A DNA stretch of 60,841 bases from Dehalococcoidales bacterium (GTDB lineage Bacteria > Chloroflexota > Dehalococcoidia > Dehalococcoidales > RBG-16-60-22), in NCBI GenBank assembly GCA_028714335.1, contig JAQTMM010000002.1, forward strand, positions 1 through 60,841, read 5' to 3'. The position numbers and the translations under genes are program-made. Shown in pieces: positions 9,771-18,894 of this stretch. Each line of letters opens with the position of its first letter. Within the stretch, counting starts at the first letter, position 1. The notes beneath the pieces are model-generated. The model was not told the DNA's origin. It did not search any database and saw nothing but the letters and a program-made list of their open reading frames with translations.

Positions 9771-11297
9771 CTATATAATTCCGTCCCAGGCTTTGCGTTC
9801 ACTATCGTAAGGGGCGGCTTCAACACGGCAATCTTTATCAAGAATCATTGTATGGCGTTCGCTACCGTAAACCGGCCATTTACCAATGCTCTCGCACGAA
9901 GGGTCGCCGGTGTGGACGAAAGCCAGCCAGGCATCCTGCATACACGTCGCCAGCTTTTCAGCGTCAGGCCCGGCGCCCGAAAACATCTCTATGAGGTTGC
10001 CAAAGACGAAGCTGATTTCCAATCCGTGGCAAGCCCCCAATACACCACCCATCGCCGGAGATTTCCAGGTGAAGAGGTAGTTGTAGGCGCTTTGTTTGTT
10101 GGCCTGCTGCGCTTCGATGAGCCTGACGCCCGGCATCCTGAACATCAAGTCGCCGAAGATAGCGGTAAATAACTCGGCGGGGGTGGTGGATTCACCGCGC
10201 TTGGCGCGGGTTTCACGGTAAGCCGACACCAACGATTTAGCCGCATCCGCAGACATTACGTTACCAAGACGCTTAAGCACCTCCGCTTCGTCAATCTGGT
10301 CAAAACCCGGCTCCATCATGGTAAACAACTTCCATTCGTTAAGGTTGGAGCCAACAAGGGTCTTGATTTCTTTGGAGTAGCCCTGTTTGGCCGATTCAAG
10401 AACGTCGGTGGGGATATTTTCTTTATCCACGACGGGCACAGTGACGGTGACTTCCGGATTTTTGCATTTACCGCGCCGGCTGGCTACTATTTTCTTTTCT
10501 ATTTCCAGAAGTTCGGGCGGAGTGAGGGCATTTATCTTGTCTATATCGTCACTCTTCAGCCCGGCCATTTCCAGGAAAAGCTGGGCGTTGAAATTCGCTT
10601 CATCAGCCGTAATAGCAAAGCCGCCGGAACCGCTTTCCAGAATACCTTTCTGGAATAGCCCCCTGGCGGCGGGCATCGCCATCAGGCAGCCGATGGACAT
10701 GGCGCCGGCAGATTCTCCGAAGACGGTAATATCATCCGGGTTGCCGCCAAAAGCGGCGATGTTATCCTTAATCCACTTAAGCGCCAGAACCTGGTCGAGC
10801 AGCCCTTCATTACCGGTAGAGGGTATTTTCCCGCCGGTAATATCTTTAAATCTGAAAAATCCCAGCATACCCAGGCGGTAGTTGATGCTTACCATGACGA
10901 CATTGCCGCGCTTGGGATAGACTCCGGTATCATACGAAGGGTCGGCGCCGGAGCCTAAAGTGAACGCGCCGCCGTGAATCCAGACCATCACCGGGCGTCG
11001 GGCATTATCAAGCCCGGGCGACCAGATATTAAGGGTGATGCAGTCTTCCGACTGGGGGGGCTGGGGCACCTGCCCGAAAGCGCCCATCGGCATGATAGTC
11101 TGGGGGGCGATGTTGCCAAAGTCCTTGGCTTTTTTAACGCCTTCCCACTGTTTCACCGGCTGGGGCGATGCCCAGCGTAAAGCGCCTACCGGAGGCTCGG
11201 CGTAGGGAATACCTTTAAAGATATATAGGTCGTTAACATAGTTGCCTTCCACTTTACCGGATTTAGTAGTTACAACAGGATTGGCTTTCTCTTTCAT
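9771..11297 (-). CDS. Type-B carboxylesterase (para-nitrobenzyl esterase-like), copy 1
   Basis: 508 aa with FKGIPYAEPPVGALRW, WIHGGAF and the nucleophile elbow FGESAGA. It is co-directional with the GRE gene and lies 39 nt downstream of it. Confidence 0.85.
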   Translation of the reverse strand: MKEKANPVVTTKSGKVEGNYVNDLYIFKGIPYAEPPVGALRWASPQPVKQWEGVKKAKDFGNIAPQTIMPMGAFGQVPQPPQSEDCITLNIWSPGLDNARRPVMVWIHGGAFTLGSGADPSYDTGVYPKRGNVVMVSINYRLGMLGFFRFKDITGGKIPSTGNEGLLDQVLALKWIKDNIAAFGGNPDDITVFGESAGAMSIGCLMAMPAARGLFQKGILESGSGGFAITADEANFNAQLFLEMAGLKSDDIDKINALTPPELLEIEKKIVASRRGKCKNPEVTVTVPVVDKENIPTDVLESAKQGYSKEIKTLVGSNLNEWKLFTMMEPGFDQIDEAEVLKRLGNVMSADAAKSLVSAYRETRAKRGESTTPAELFTAIFGDLMFRMPGVRLIEAQQANKQSAYNYLFTWKSPAMGGVLGACHGLEISFVFGNLIEMFSGAGPDAEKLATCMQDAWLAFVHTGDPSCESIGKWPVYGSERHTMILDKDCRVEAAPYDSERKAWDGII

Positions 11298-11336
11298 GAT
11301 ATTCTCCTTTACGATGCTTTACTGAGAGATATATTA

Positions 11337-13778
11337 CTAACAACCTTGTTCACTACGGTAGATAATGTCGTCCTGGATTTCCGGAGAAAGCATGACGAAG
11401 TAAGCGCTGAAACCCCCCACCCTGACCACCAAATCACGGTGCTTTTCCGGATGTTCTTTAGCGTCGAGCAGTTCTTTTGTATCCACCATATTGTACTGGA
11501 TATGCTGCCCGCCATTCTTAAAGAAAGTATCGGTCAGTATTGCCAGCTTCTCACGGCTTTCCGGCGTCTGCATGACGGTGCTGGAAAACTTCTGGTTGAG
11601 GCACGAGGCATACGATTCTTTAAAGCCCGCTTTAAGCGCCGACCGGATAACCCCGGTGGGACCTAATTTATCCATGCCGCGCATCGGGGATATCGAGCCG
11701 TCGTTCAGAGGTTCTTTGGATTTTCTGCCGTTAGGTAAAGCGCCTACGCCAAGACCGCCGAAGTAATGCCATGACAGACCTTCGCGTGAAATTTTACAGG
11801 GCACGTCGAAGGGGTTTTTATACGCCATGATAACGCTACCGGAAAACTGCCCAACTTCCTTAACCATCAAGTCGGCTTCCTCTATATCGTTACCGAACTT
11901 TGGCGCCGCTAGGCACATCTGCCGGATTTCCTCGCCTTGGTCTCCGGCAAAGTTGCTGTCAATAGCGCTAAGTAACTCGTCCATTGTTAGCTTTTTCTCG
12001 TCGAAGACCAGGTGCTTAATCGCCGTAAAAGAATCCGCCGCGTCAACGATAGCGCGGTCGCTAATGCCGTAGCTGTGGTCGGCGGCAGTGATAAGGATAT
12101 CCCGCCCCTTTTCCATACACGAAGGCCCGGCGATGCAGGAGTTAAACGGAAATCGTAGATATTTAGGCTCGACGCTCTGGGCTAAAGTGCCCATCCACAA
12201 TACACGGTTGACGACATATTTATATTCCTTCTTGAATGCCTCGTACAAATCGTTAAAACTTTTAAAGTCACGTGGGTCGCCGACGTCAATGCCGACTTTT
12301 TTGCCGGTTATCTGCGACACGCCGCGGTGCAGCGTCAGGTCGAATAACAGGGCGACGTTGACCGCCCCTTTGCCTTCGCTGCCGTTATGGTCAACCTTGG
12401 TGGGGAGAATGGGGGTTACACAGCCCTGCCCGTACCATTCCCTGGCGTCGCCGGCGGGTGTTCCATCATTGATAAAGCTGGACACAACATGGTCGCTGTT
12501 CTCAAAGAGAGGAATGCCTCCCTTGGTTTTATAGTTAGTCTCCAAAGCCTTCAGCAATAATGAGCGCGGCGTTCCTGAATGCCAGTTAAGCAGAACAGTC
12601 GGCGAAGATATCTTAATCAAGCCTATCAGGTGGAGCACCAAATAGCTTAAAGTATTGGTGGCGTCTTTGCCCATCCTGTCCACACCACCGAGGTTGATGC
12701 TGTTAATGCAAAAACTAAACTGATGGGTTTCCAACTGTGTTTTACCGACGGGGAGGACAACTTTCATGCCCCAGAGTATCAAGGCGCTGCCTAATAATTC
12801 TGCCGCCCGTTCCAGAGTTAGACGCCCGTCCTGGAGATCTTTTTCCAGATACGAACCCAGATACTGGTCAACCCTGCCGACCAGGAGCGGATACATGGCT
12901 TCCAGCCCCCGACCGACCATGATGAAATTCATTAACTGCAAAGCCTCGTGGAAGGTTTGCGCCGGATTTTCCGGGACGCGTTCGCAGATGCCGGCGATTT
13001 CCAGCAATTCTTTCTTTCTATCCGCGTCGGATTCTTTTTCGGCTTTTTGACGCGCCAGTTCGGCATAGCGGCGAGCATAGGTAATCATCGCCTCGCAGAC
13101 AATAATCGCAGACTGCCAGAAATAGAGTTTGTTAACATCATTTTCCTGCATCTCTCCAAAGCTCTTGATGCCGGCTTTGGCTTCTTCGATTAAGCCGCGT
13201 ACGCCTTTGGACAACAGCTTTTCCCACAAGCCCCGGCAAGTAACACCCGGGTAGTAACCGGAATCGGGGGTGGGGTCAGCGCCTTTAGCTTCGGAGATAT
13301 CCTGCGGCCAAGTGTTAAAGACGTCACGCCAAGTTTCAACGACGTAGTCGGGCGCTGTTTTTCCATCAAAGTAACGTGAGCATTTCCTTAATATTTCCTT
13401 ATCTTCTTTGTTTTTAAATTCCATCCAACGGCTTAATTTGTCGGCTTCATCCCAGAGCCCGGCGACGGAATTTCCGATTTCGTCCACAAAAGCCGGCGCC
13501 CCGATGAGGTGCTCCGTTTCTCTGCCGACGATGACGTCGACGTCGTGGATGGCGATGGGAACGCCTTCCAAAACTTTTTTGAATACTTTGGCGCGGCGGA
13601 GTTCGATGTCTTCGCCCTCCGTTTCCTGCCAGGACTCCATCACCAGCCGGGCGCGGTCAACGGAAATCATGCGAGGGGCGCCGAACATGGCGTCCTTAAG
13701 CTGGAAGAGACGCGGGCTTAACGTTAGTTTATTGATTTTTTCTAAGAGTTCTTCGCCGGTATTTGATTTCACAACCAT
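11337..13778 (-). CDS. Glycyl radical enzyme (PFL2/dehydratase-like fold), substrate unknown
   Basis: 813 aa with the C-terminal glycyl radical motif VVRVGGFSAYFVMLSPEIQDDII. A single candidate catalytic Cys sits near residue 453 in WYGQGCVTPILP. PFL2-family helices are present (WQSAIIVCEAMITYARRYAELA, NPAQTFHEALQLMNF). Confidence 0.9.
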   Translation of the reverse strand: MVVKSNTGEELLEKINKLTLSPRLFQLKDAMFGAPRMISVDRARLVMESWQETEGEDIELRRAKVFKKVLEGVPIAIHDVDVIVGRETEHLIGAPAFVDEIGNSVAGLWDEADKLSRWMEFKNKEDKEILRKCSRYFDGKTAPDYVVETWRDVFNTWPQDISEAKGADPTPDSGYYPGVTCRGLWEKLLSKGVRGLIEEAKAGIKSFGEMQENDVNKLYFWQSAIIVCEAMITYARRYAELARQKAEKESDADRKKELLEIAGICERVPENPAQTFHEALQLMNFIMVGRGLEAMYPLLVGRVDQYLGSYLEKDLQDGRLTLERAAELLGSALILWGMKVVLPVGKTQLETHQFSFCINSINLGGVDRMGKDATNTLSYLVLHLIGLIKISSPTVLLNWHSGTPRSLLLKALETNYKTKGGIPLFENSDHVVSSFINDGTPAGDAREWYGQGCVTPILPTKVDHNGSEGKGAVNVALLFDLTLHRGVSQITGKKVGIDVGDPRDFKSFNDLYEAFKKEYKYVVNRVLWMGTLAQSVEPKYLRFPFNSCIAGPSCMEKGRDILITAADHSYGISDRAIVDAADSFTAIKHLVFDEKKLTMDELLSAIDSNFAGDQGEEIRQMCLAAPKFGNDIEEADLMVKEVGQFSGSVIMAYKNPFDVPCKISREGLSWHYFGGLGVGALPNGRKSKEPLNDGSISPMRGMDKLGPTGVIRSALKAGFKESYASCLNQKFSSTVMQTPESREKLAILTDTFFKNGGQHIQYNMVDTKELLDAKEHPEKHRDLVVRVGGFSAYFVMLSPEIQDDIIYRSEQGC

Positions 13779-13803
13779 ATCAACCTCCGTTGGTGGTACT
13801 TAG

Positions 13804-14706
13804 TTATTTTGAAATTGTACACTCTACCCCGTAAGACTCGAATGCTTTTACGATTGATTCGAGGTGCTGTGGCTCGGGCTGGAGGATATCGGGGAGAGGG
13901 TATTTTTTATCTAAAGATTCATACTTACCCTTGCCCAAACGATGATACGGCATTAACTCAACGTGAGGAGCTATTCCCAAGCCTTTTAAAAAGTCTGCCG
14001 TTTCCTTGATGTTTTGCGTATTATCGTTGATGCCCGGAATCAGCGGCATCCTGAAAAGCGTTGCCACACCACTTGCCGCCGTCGCTCTGGCGTTGGAAAG
14101 GATTAACTTGTTAGTTTTGCCGGTATATTCACAGTGCTTGTCCGAATTCATATGCTTGATATCGTAAAGTACATAGTCGGTCAAAGGGAGTACTTGTTTT
14201 AAAGCAGATTCGGTAGCGCAGCCTGAAGTCTCTATGCAGGTGTGGATACCGTCCTTACGGCACTTTTCAAATAATTCACATACCAGTTGCGGCTGCAACA
14301 AAGCCTCGCCGCCGGAGACGGTTACGCCGCCTGACGCCTCGTAAAACATTTTATCGCGTTCCACCGCGTCGTAGATTTCTTCAGCGGTCATCGGTTTTCC
14401 ATAGAGAACAAGCGCTCTATAAGAACACACGTCAACACATTCGCCGCAGCCGTTACAGCGCGCTCGGTCAATCACGGGCAGCTTGCCCTCTTCATAAACC
14501 AATGCGTCGTTAGGGCAGACTCCGGCGCACTTGCCGCATATAGTACAAAGCGCTTTTACCAAGCCTATCTCTGCATGCGGCGAGATGCACTCCGGGTTGC
14601 TGCACCACCCGCACTCAAGACCGCAGCCTTTCATAAAGACAACCGTCCTGATACCCGGCCCGTCGTGAATCGAATACCCCTGGATATTGGTGACCAGACC
14701 TACCAT
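13804..14706 (-). CDS. Glycyl-radical enzyme activating protein (radical SAM)
   Basis: 300 aa with a CGLECGWC (CX3CX2C) radical SAM cluster motif. It has a two-ferredoxin insert (CTICGKCAGVCP, CNGCGECVDVC) and the SAM-binding motif VSGGEAL. Confidence 0.9.
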   Translation of the reverse strand: MVGLVTNIQGYSIHDGPGIRTVVFMKGCGLECGWCSNPECISPHAEIGLVKALCTICGKCAGVCPNDALVYEEGKLPVIDRARCNGCGECVDVCSYRALVLYGKPMTAEEIYDAVERDKMFYEASGGVTVSGGEALLQPQLVCELFEKCRKDGIHTCIETSGCATESALKQVLPLTDYVLYDIKHMNSDKHCEYTGKTNKLILSNARATAASGVATLFRMPLIPGINDNTQNIKETADFLKGLGIAPHVELMPYHRLGKGKYESLDKKYPLPDILQPEPQHLESIVKAFESYGVECTISK

Positions 14707-14729
14707 TAAATGTCATCCCAGATTTTTTG

Positions 14730-15143
14730 TTATTTAAACGGCTCTTCTTTTTTAACGTATTTTGAGGCGATGCTGGTGTGGAAAAGAATGATGGGCTTAT
14801 CTACCCGTTTAAAGACGAGCGGGCAGTGCACCATACCGGCGGGGATGTAGACGCTGGTCGGTTTAGTGAAGGTATGCATTTCCTGCTCCTCGCCCAACCC
14901 GATTACTATCTCCCCGAAGAGCTCATCCATGTTGTTATAATCATAAGAAACAAAGTGCAGGTACATATCAAAGTCGTGGGAATGAGGGGATTCTTCCATC
15001 CGGCACGGCGCCACGACTTTGGTAATCATAAACGTCATATTGGTGTCATAGTCAATATCGCCTATCCATTCCATCGTAGGATACGGTTCCGGCTTGGTTA
15101 CCTTTTTACTGATTACATACTTCCCGTATTTTGAGTCTGCCAT
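14730..15143 (-). CDS. Small cupin-fold protein
   Basis: 137 aa with the cupin-like metal motifs SPHSHDFDMYLHF and YIPAGMVHCP. It sits between the IclR gene and the GRE activase, with 19- and 23-nt gaps. Confidence 0.55.
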   Translation of the reverse strand: MADSKYGKYVISKKVTKPEPYPTMEWIGDIDYDTNMTFMITKVVAPCRMEESPHSHDFDMYLHFVSYDYNNMDELFGEIVIGLGEEQEMHTFTKPTSVYIPAGMVHCPLVFKRVDKPIILFHTSIASKYVKKEEPFK

Positions 15144-15162
15144 TGGTAGAATCCTCCTGTTA

Positions 15163-15987
15163 TCATTTACTTAATACTTTTTTCATGTTGCCGATTTTTT
15201 GTTGAAACACTAGGTGCCCGGCGTCTTTAGAAATAGTTTTAACTGCTTCTACAACCAGGGGGCCATACTGCAAAGTTTCTTTCCCGGAAAAGAAACCGAC
15301 GATTGTGACATAACCGACGGGGTAGTTGTTCTGGTCCAAGATAGGCGCCGCCACGGCGTTCATCCCCGGCTGGATATCACCCAGTTCTAAAGAAAATCCA
15401 CGGCGGCGGCACTCCGCCAATTCATCTAAAAGCTTTTTTTTATCAAATTTCCCCGGAGTGCCGTAAAAGTAGAGGTCTTTACTCTTTAGTAATTCGTCCA
15501 GCTCGTCTTGAGGCAGAAAAGCGGCGATGGCTTTGCCGTGAGAGCCGTAGGTGATGGGGGTGGTGTAACCGATCGGCGAGGAAACACCCATGCCCGGCGC
15601 TCCTAAATACTCGGCGACGGTGAAGGTAACATCTTTAAAAATTACGCCCATTGTCACCGTAGCTTCGGTTTTTTTAGCAAGTTCGTAAAGCACCGGCTCG
15701 GCGAGGCGGGGGAGGCTTAACGTTTCCAACATCTTGCCGGCGAGGGTCACCAGCCCGGGTCCAAGCACATATCCCTTGCGGTTGGGATTCTTTTTCACAA
15801 AGCCGTATGCGTTGAGGGTGTTCAGGATGGAAAAAGCTTTGCTGCGGTGGATGTCCACTTCCTGGCAGATGTCGGTGAGGCTTTTGGGATTGCCGCCGTT
15901 ATCCGCCAGGCAAAGCATAACGCGAATTGCCTGTTCAACCGATGGAACTAGATAAGTGTTTTTCTCCTGCTGGTCATTATCATTCAT
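15163..15987 (-). CDS. IclR family transcriptional regulator
   Basis: 274 aa. It has an N-terminal wHTH (SVEQAIRVMLCLADNGGNPKSLTDICQEVDIHRSKAFSILNTL) and a C-terminal IclR effector domain (GFSLELGDIQPGMNAVAAPI). Confidence 0.85.
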   Translation of the reverse strand: MNDNDQQEKNTYLVPSVEQAIRVMLCLADNGGNPKSLTDICQEVDIHRSKAFSILNTLNAYGFVKKNPNRKGYVLGPGLVTLAGKMLETLSLPRLAEPVLYELAKKTEATVTMGVIFKDVTFTVAEYLGAPGMGVSSPIGYTTPITYGSHGKAIAAFLPQDELDELLKSKDLYFYGTPGKFDKKKLLDELAECRRRGFSLELGDIQPGMNAVAAPILDQNNYPVGYVTIVGFFSGKETLQYGPLVVEAVKTISKDAGHLVFQQKIGNMKKVLSK

Positions 15988-16220
15988 AATAGTTTTCTTG
16001 ATAGAACTTAAGTTTTGTGGATAGAATAACAGAGTGCAAGATTATTGTCAAACTATTGCTTGACTTTCTGCTAGAAAAGAAAGCAAGAAGCCGGTTGCCT
16101 TTTCTCTATTATCTTTTCTTAACTATATTCAGCTGCGATACTTTTCAGCCATATATTGTCCAATATTATGACTTTTGCGTATTGTTTACTAAATATATAT
16201 GCGCAATCATGTAGTATTAT

Positions 16221-16249
16221 TTGACAATATGCACGGATTGCGGTAAAAT
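16221..16249 (+). promoter_or_regulatory. Sigma70-like promoter for the Mo/W oxidoreductase operon
   Basis: TTGACA (16221-16226), a 17-nt spacer, then TAAAAT (16244-16249), about 65 nt upstream of the ATG at 16313. Confidence 0.45.
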
Positions 16250-16312
16250 GGAAACAATATATCAAAAAATATCGTACAGAAAACTTGAAAAGAATAGGAT
16301 AGCTTGTAAATT

Positions 16313-18421
16313 ATGGAGAAGATAATAAAAAGTAACTGCCGGGGCTGTCATGGAGGCTGCGGCGTATTAGTCCATGTTGAAGACGGACGTATCACCAAGA
16401 TAGAAGGCAATCCCGATTTCCCTACTAATCACGGGGTCATGTGCAGCCGGGGGTTGTCCTTCCTTCAGTTGGTATACCATCCCGATAGGGTGACGCATCC
16501 GCTGCGGCGAACCGGTAAACGCGGCGAGGGCAAGTGGGAACAGATTTCCTGGAACGAGGCGCTGGATACCATAGCTGAAAAGTATAAAAAAATAATAGCA
16601 GAGTACGGCGCCGAATCTATCGCCCTGGGTTACGGTACTGGGCGTAATTATGAAGGCTTTTTATATCGCTTCTCCAACCTGCTGGGGACGCCCAATGTAC
16701 TTACCTCCGGCCATATGTGCTATGGGCCGAGGGTTGCCACCAGCGGCATCATCAACGGCAAACTGACTTTATGCGATTATGAAAACAACCCCAAGTGCGT
16801 CGTCGTTTGGGGTAACAACGTCGTCATCAGCAACGGCGATGAATATACCGGTGAGAATCTTACTAAGGCTCTGGCCCAGGGTACTAAACTCATTGTTGTT
16901 GACCCCAGACTCACCTATCTGGCAGGACGGGCTGACGTCTGGCTGCAGCTACGCCCGGGAACCGACGTCGCTTTGGCAATGGGTATGGCGAACGTCATCG
17001 TGGAAGAAAAGCTTTATGATAAAAACTTCGTTGAAAAATACGTTTACGGGTGGGACGAGTTTACCGCCAGGATTAAAGAATACAACCTGGAAAAGGTAGA
17101 AGAAATAACGTGGGTGTCGGCGGATAAGATAAGAGAAGCCGCCCGGCTTTATGCCACTACCAAACCTGCGGGCATACAATGGGGCTGCGCCATCGAACAG
17201 AATATCAACTGCACGGACAGCGTCCGCGCGCTGGTGTCTTTAATGGCAATTACTGGCAACCTCGACGTTCCGGGGGGCAATATCTCTCCAGAATCGCCGC
17301 CATGGCTGCCTGTCAGCCAGTTTGCCATGCATCACGAATTGCCCGCCGAACAGCGTGCCAAACGGCTGGGAGGCGATACGTATAAGCTGGCAGACAGAAT
17401 AGCCGTAATTACCCCCAAGGTCGTCTGGGACGCTATTCTGACCGGCAAGCCCTACCCTATTAAAGCGGTACAGATTCACGGTTCCAACCCGGTTATCACG
17501 CGGTCTAACGCCGCCGAGGTTTATAAGGCTTTAAGCAAACTCGATTTTTTAGTTGTGGCTGATTTCTTCCTGACGCCTACAGCCGAACTGGCCGATATCT
17601 TTTTACCGGCGGCAACCTGGCTTGAGATGGAAGACATCGGTGATTACTGGAAGCGCCAGAACTATATCTACCCCAGAACTAAAATCATCCAGGTCGGCGA
17701 ATGCCGTTCGGACCATGAGATGTTCCTGGAGCTGGGGAAAAAGCTGGGGCAAAAAAACCAGTGGTTCGATACCGTAGAAGGCAACCTCGACTATATCCTC
17801 AAGCCGATGGGGCTTACCTGGCAGGAGTTCCGGCGCCTTGATTACTATAGGGTATCGCAAAAATACCGTAAATATAAGACCGAAGGCTTCCGTACGCCTA
17901 CCGGCAAGGTCGAGCTTTATTCAACCATTATGGAGAAATGGGGTTACGACCCGCTGCCCATTTACCGCGAAACGCCGGAAAGCCCGGTCAGTAAACCGGA
18001 AATGGTCAAGGATTATCCCTTAATCCTGATAACCGGAGCCAGGTCGCCCGTTTTTTACACCTCCGAGCACCGTATGATTCCCTGGTTAAGGGAAATCGTC
18101 CCCGACCCTATCGTCGAGATACATCCAAAAACAGCTGAAAAACTGGGAATCGGTAATCACCAGTGGGTTTACATCGAGACGCCGCGCGGCAGAATCAAGC
18201 AGCGGGCTTTACTCACCACCGGCATTAATCCCGGTGTGGTAGCGGCGCAGTACGGCTGGTGGTTCCCCGAGGAAAAAACCCCGGGGCACGGCTGGGAAAA
18301 ATCAAACGTCAATATCCTTACGGATAATGATACCAAAGGTTATGATGTGGCGATGGGCGCAGACAACCTTAGAGTATTGATGTGTAAAATATACCCGACT
18401 GGAGATAAAGATGAATCCTAA
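16313..18421 (+). CDS. Molybdopterin (Mo/W-bisPGD) oxidoreductase catalytic subunit, cytoplasmic
   Basis: 702 aa with an N-terminal 4Fe-4S motif (CRGCHGGCGV...C at approximately residue 44). There is no twin-arginine signal peptide. A candidate metal-ligand Cys lies in GHMCYGPRV. The protein reads as DMSO-reductase-superfamily throughout. Confidence 0.85.
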   Translation: MEKIIKSNCRGCHGGCGVLVHVEDGRITKIEGNPDFPTNHGVMCSRGLSFLQLVYHPDRVTHPLRRTGKRGEGKWEQISWNEALDTIAEKYKKIIAEYGAESIALGYGTGRNYEGFLYRFSNLLGTPNVLTSGHMCYGPRVATSGIINGKLTLCDYENNPKCVVVWGNNVVISNGDEYTGENLTKALAQGTKLIVVDPRLTYLAGRADVWLQLRPGTDVALAMGMANVIVEEKLYDKNFVEKYVYGWDEFTARIKEYNLEKVEEITWVSADKIREAARLYATTKPAGIQWGCAIEQNINCTDSVRALVSLMAITGNLDVPGGNISPESPPWLPVSQFAMHHELPAEQRAKRLGGDTYKLADRIAVITPKVVWDAILTGKPYPIKAVQIHGSNPVITRSNAAEVYKALSKLDFLVVADFFLTPTAELADIFLPAATWLEMEDIGDYWKRQNYIYPRTKIIQVGECRSDHEMFLELGKKLGQKNQWFDTVEGNLDYILKPMGLTWQEFRRLDYYRVSQKYRKYKTEGFRTPTGKVELYSTIMEKWGYDPLPIYRETPESPVSKPEMVKDYPLILITGARSPVFYTSEHRMIPWLREIVPDPIVEIHPKTAEKLGIGNHQWVYIETPRGRIKQRALLTTGINPGVVAAQYGWWFPEEKTPGHGWEKSNVNILTDNDTKGYDVAMGADNLRVLMCKIYPTGDKDES

Positions 18422-18869
18422 ATCTAGAAAATTGGCGTTAAGTATCAACAATGATATCTGTGTTGGCTGTTATGCCTGTGAGATAGCTTGCAAACAGGAA
18501 CACAATCTTCCGGTCGGCCCAAGGTTAATCAGCGTCCACCCCGAAGAACCACGGGAGATAGATGGTAAACCGCAACTAAGGAACCGGGTGGAATACTGCC
18601 TTCAATGCATTTCAGCTCCATGCCAAAGCGCCTGCCCGCAAAACGCCATAAGCACAAGGGATGACGGCATCGTTGTTATTGACGGAGAACTCTGCAACGG
18701 CTGCGGGGAGTGCATTAAAGCCTGCACCTTTGGTGTGATGCAGTTCGATGATATAAAGAAGCTCGCCCTAAAATGCGACCTTTGTGTAGAAAGACTGGAC
18801 AAAGGCCTGCAGCCCGCCTGCATAAGCTCATGTCCCAGTCATTGTATTAGTATCAATAAACGGGGCTAG
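18411..18869 (+). CDS. 4Fe-4S dicluster domain electron-transfer subunit
   Basis: 152 aa, overlapping the alpha subunit by 11 nt. It has four Cys groups: CVGCYACEIAC, CLQCISAPCQSACP, CNGCGECIKAC and CDLC...CISSCP. Confidence 0.85.
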   Translation: MNPKSRKLALSINNDICVGCYACEIACKQEHNLPVGPRLISVHPEEPREIDGKPQLRNRVEYCLQCISAPCQSACPQNAISTRDDGIVVIDGELCNGCGECIKACTFGVMQFDDIKKLALKCDLCVERLDKGLQPACISSCPSHCISINKRG

Positions 18870-18894
18870 TTTAAGTATCAACTAACTGCTGTTA

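Noticed and set aside
10387-10881. 164-aa plus-strand ORF
   Set aside because: It is antisense to carboxylesterase copy 1, and its translation is low-complexity and Ser/Pro-rich.
11337-13778. Calling the GRE a pyruvate formate-lyase
   Set aside because: It has no adjacent Cys-Cys pair in the Cys loop. It has PFL2/dehydratase-type helices and a long activase with ferredoxin inserts, so a PFL assignment is not supported.
16313-18421. Calling the Mo/W enzyme a formate dehydrogenase or an acetylene hydratase
   Set aside because: No in-frame TGA (selenocysteine) is present, and I could not see FDH-specific motifs. The presence of a dedicated 4-cluster electron-transfer subunit argues against a non-redox hydratase. 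The family cannot be assigned without a phylogeny.
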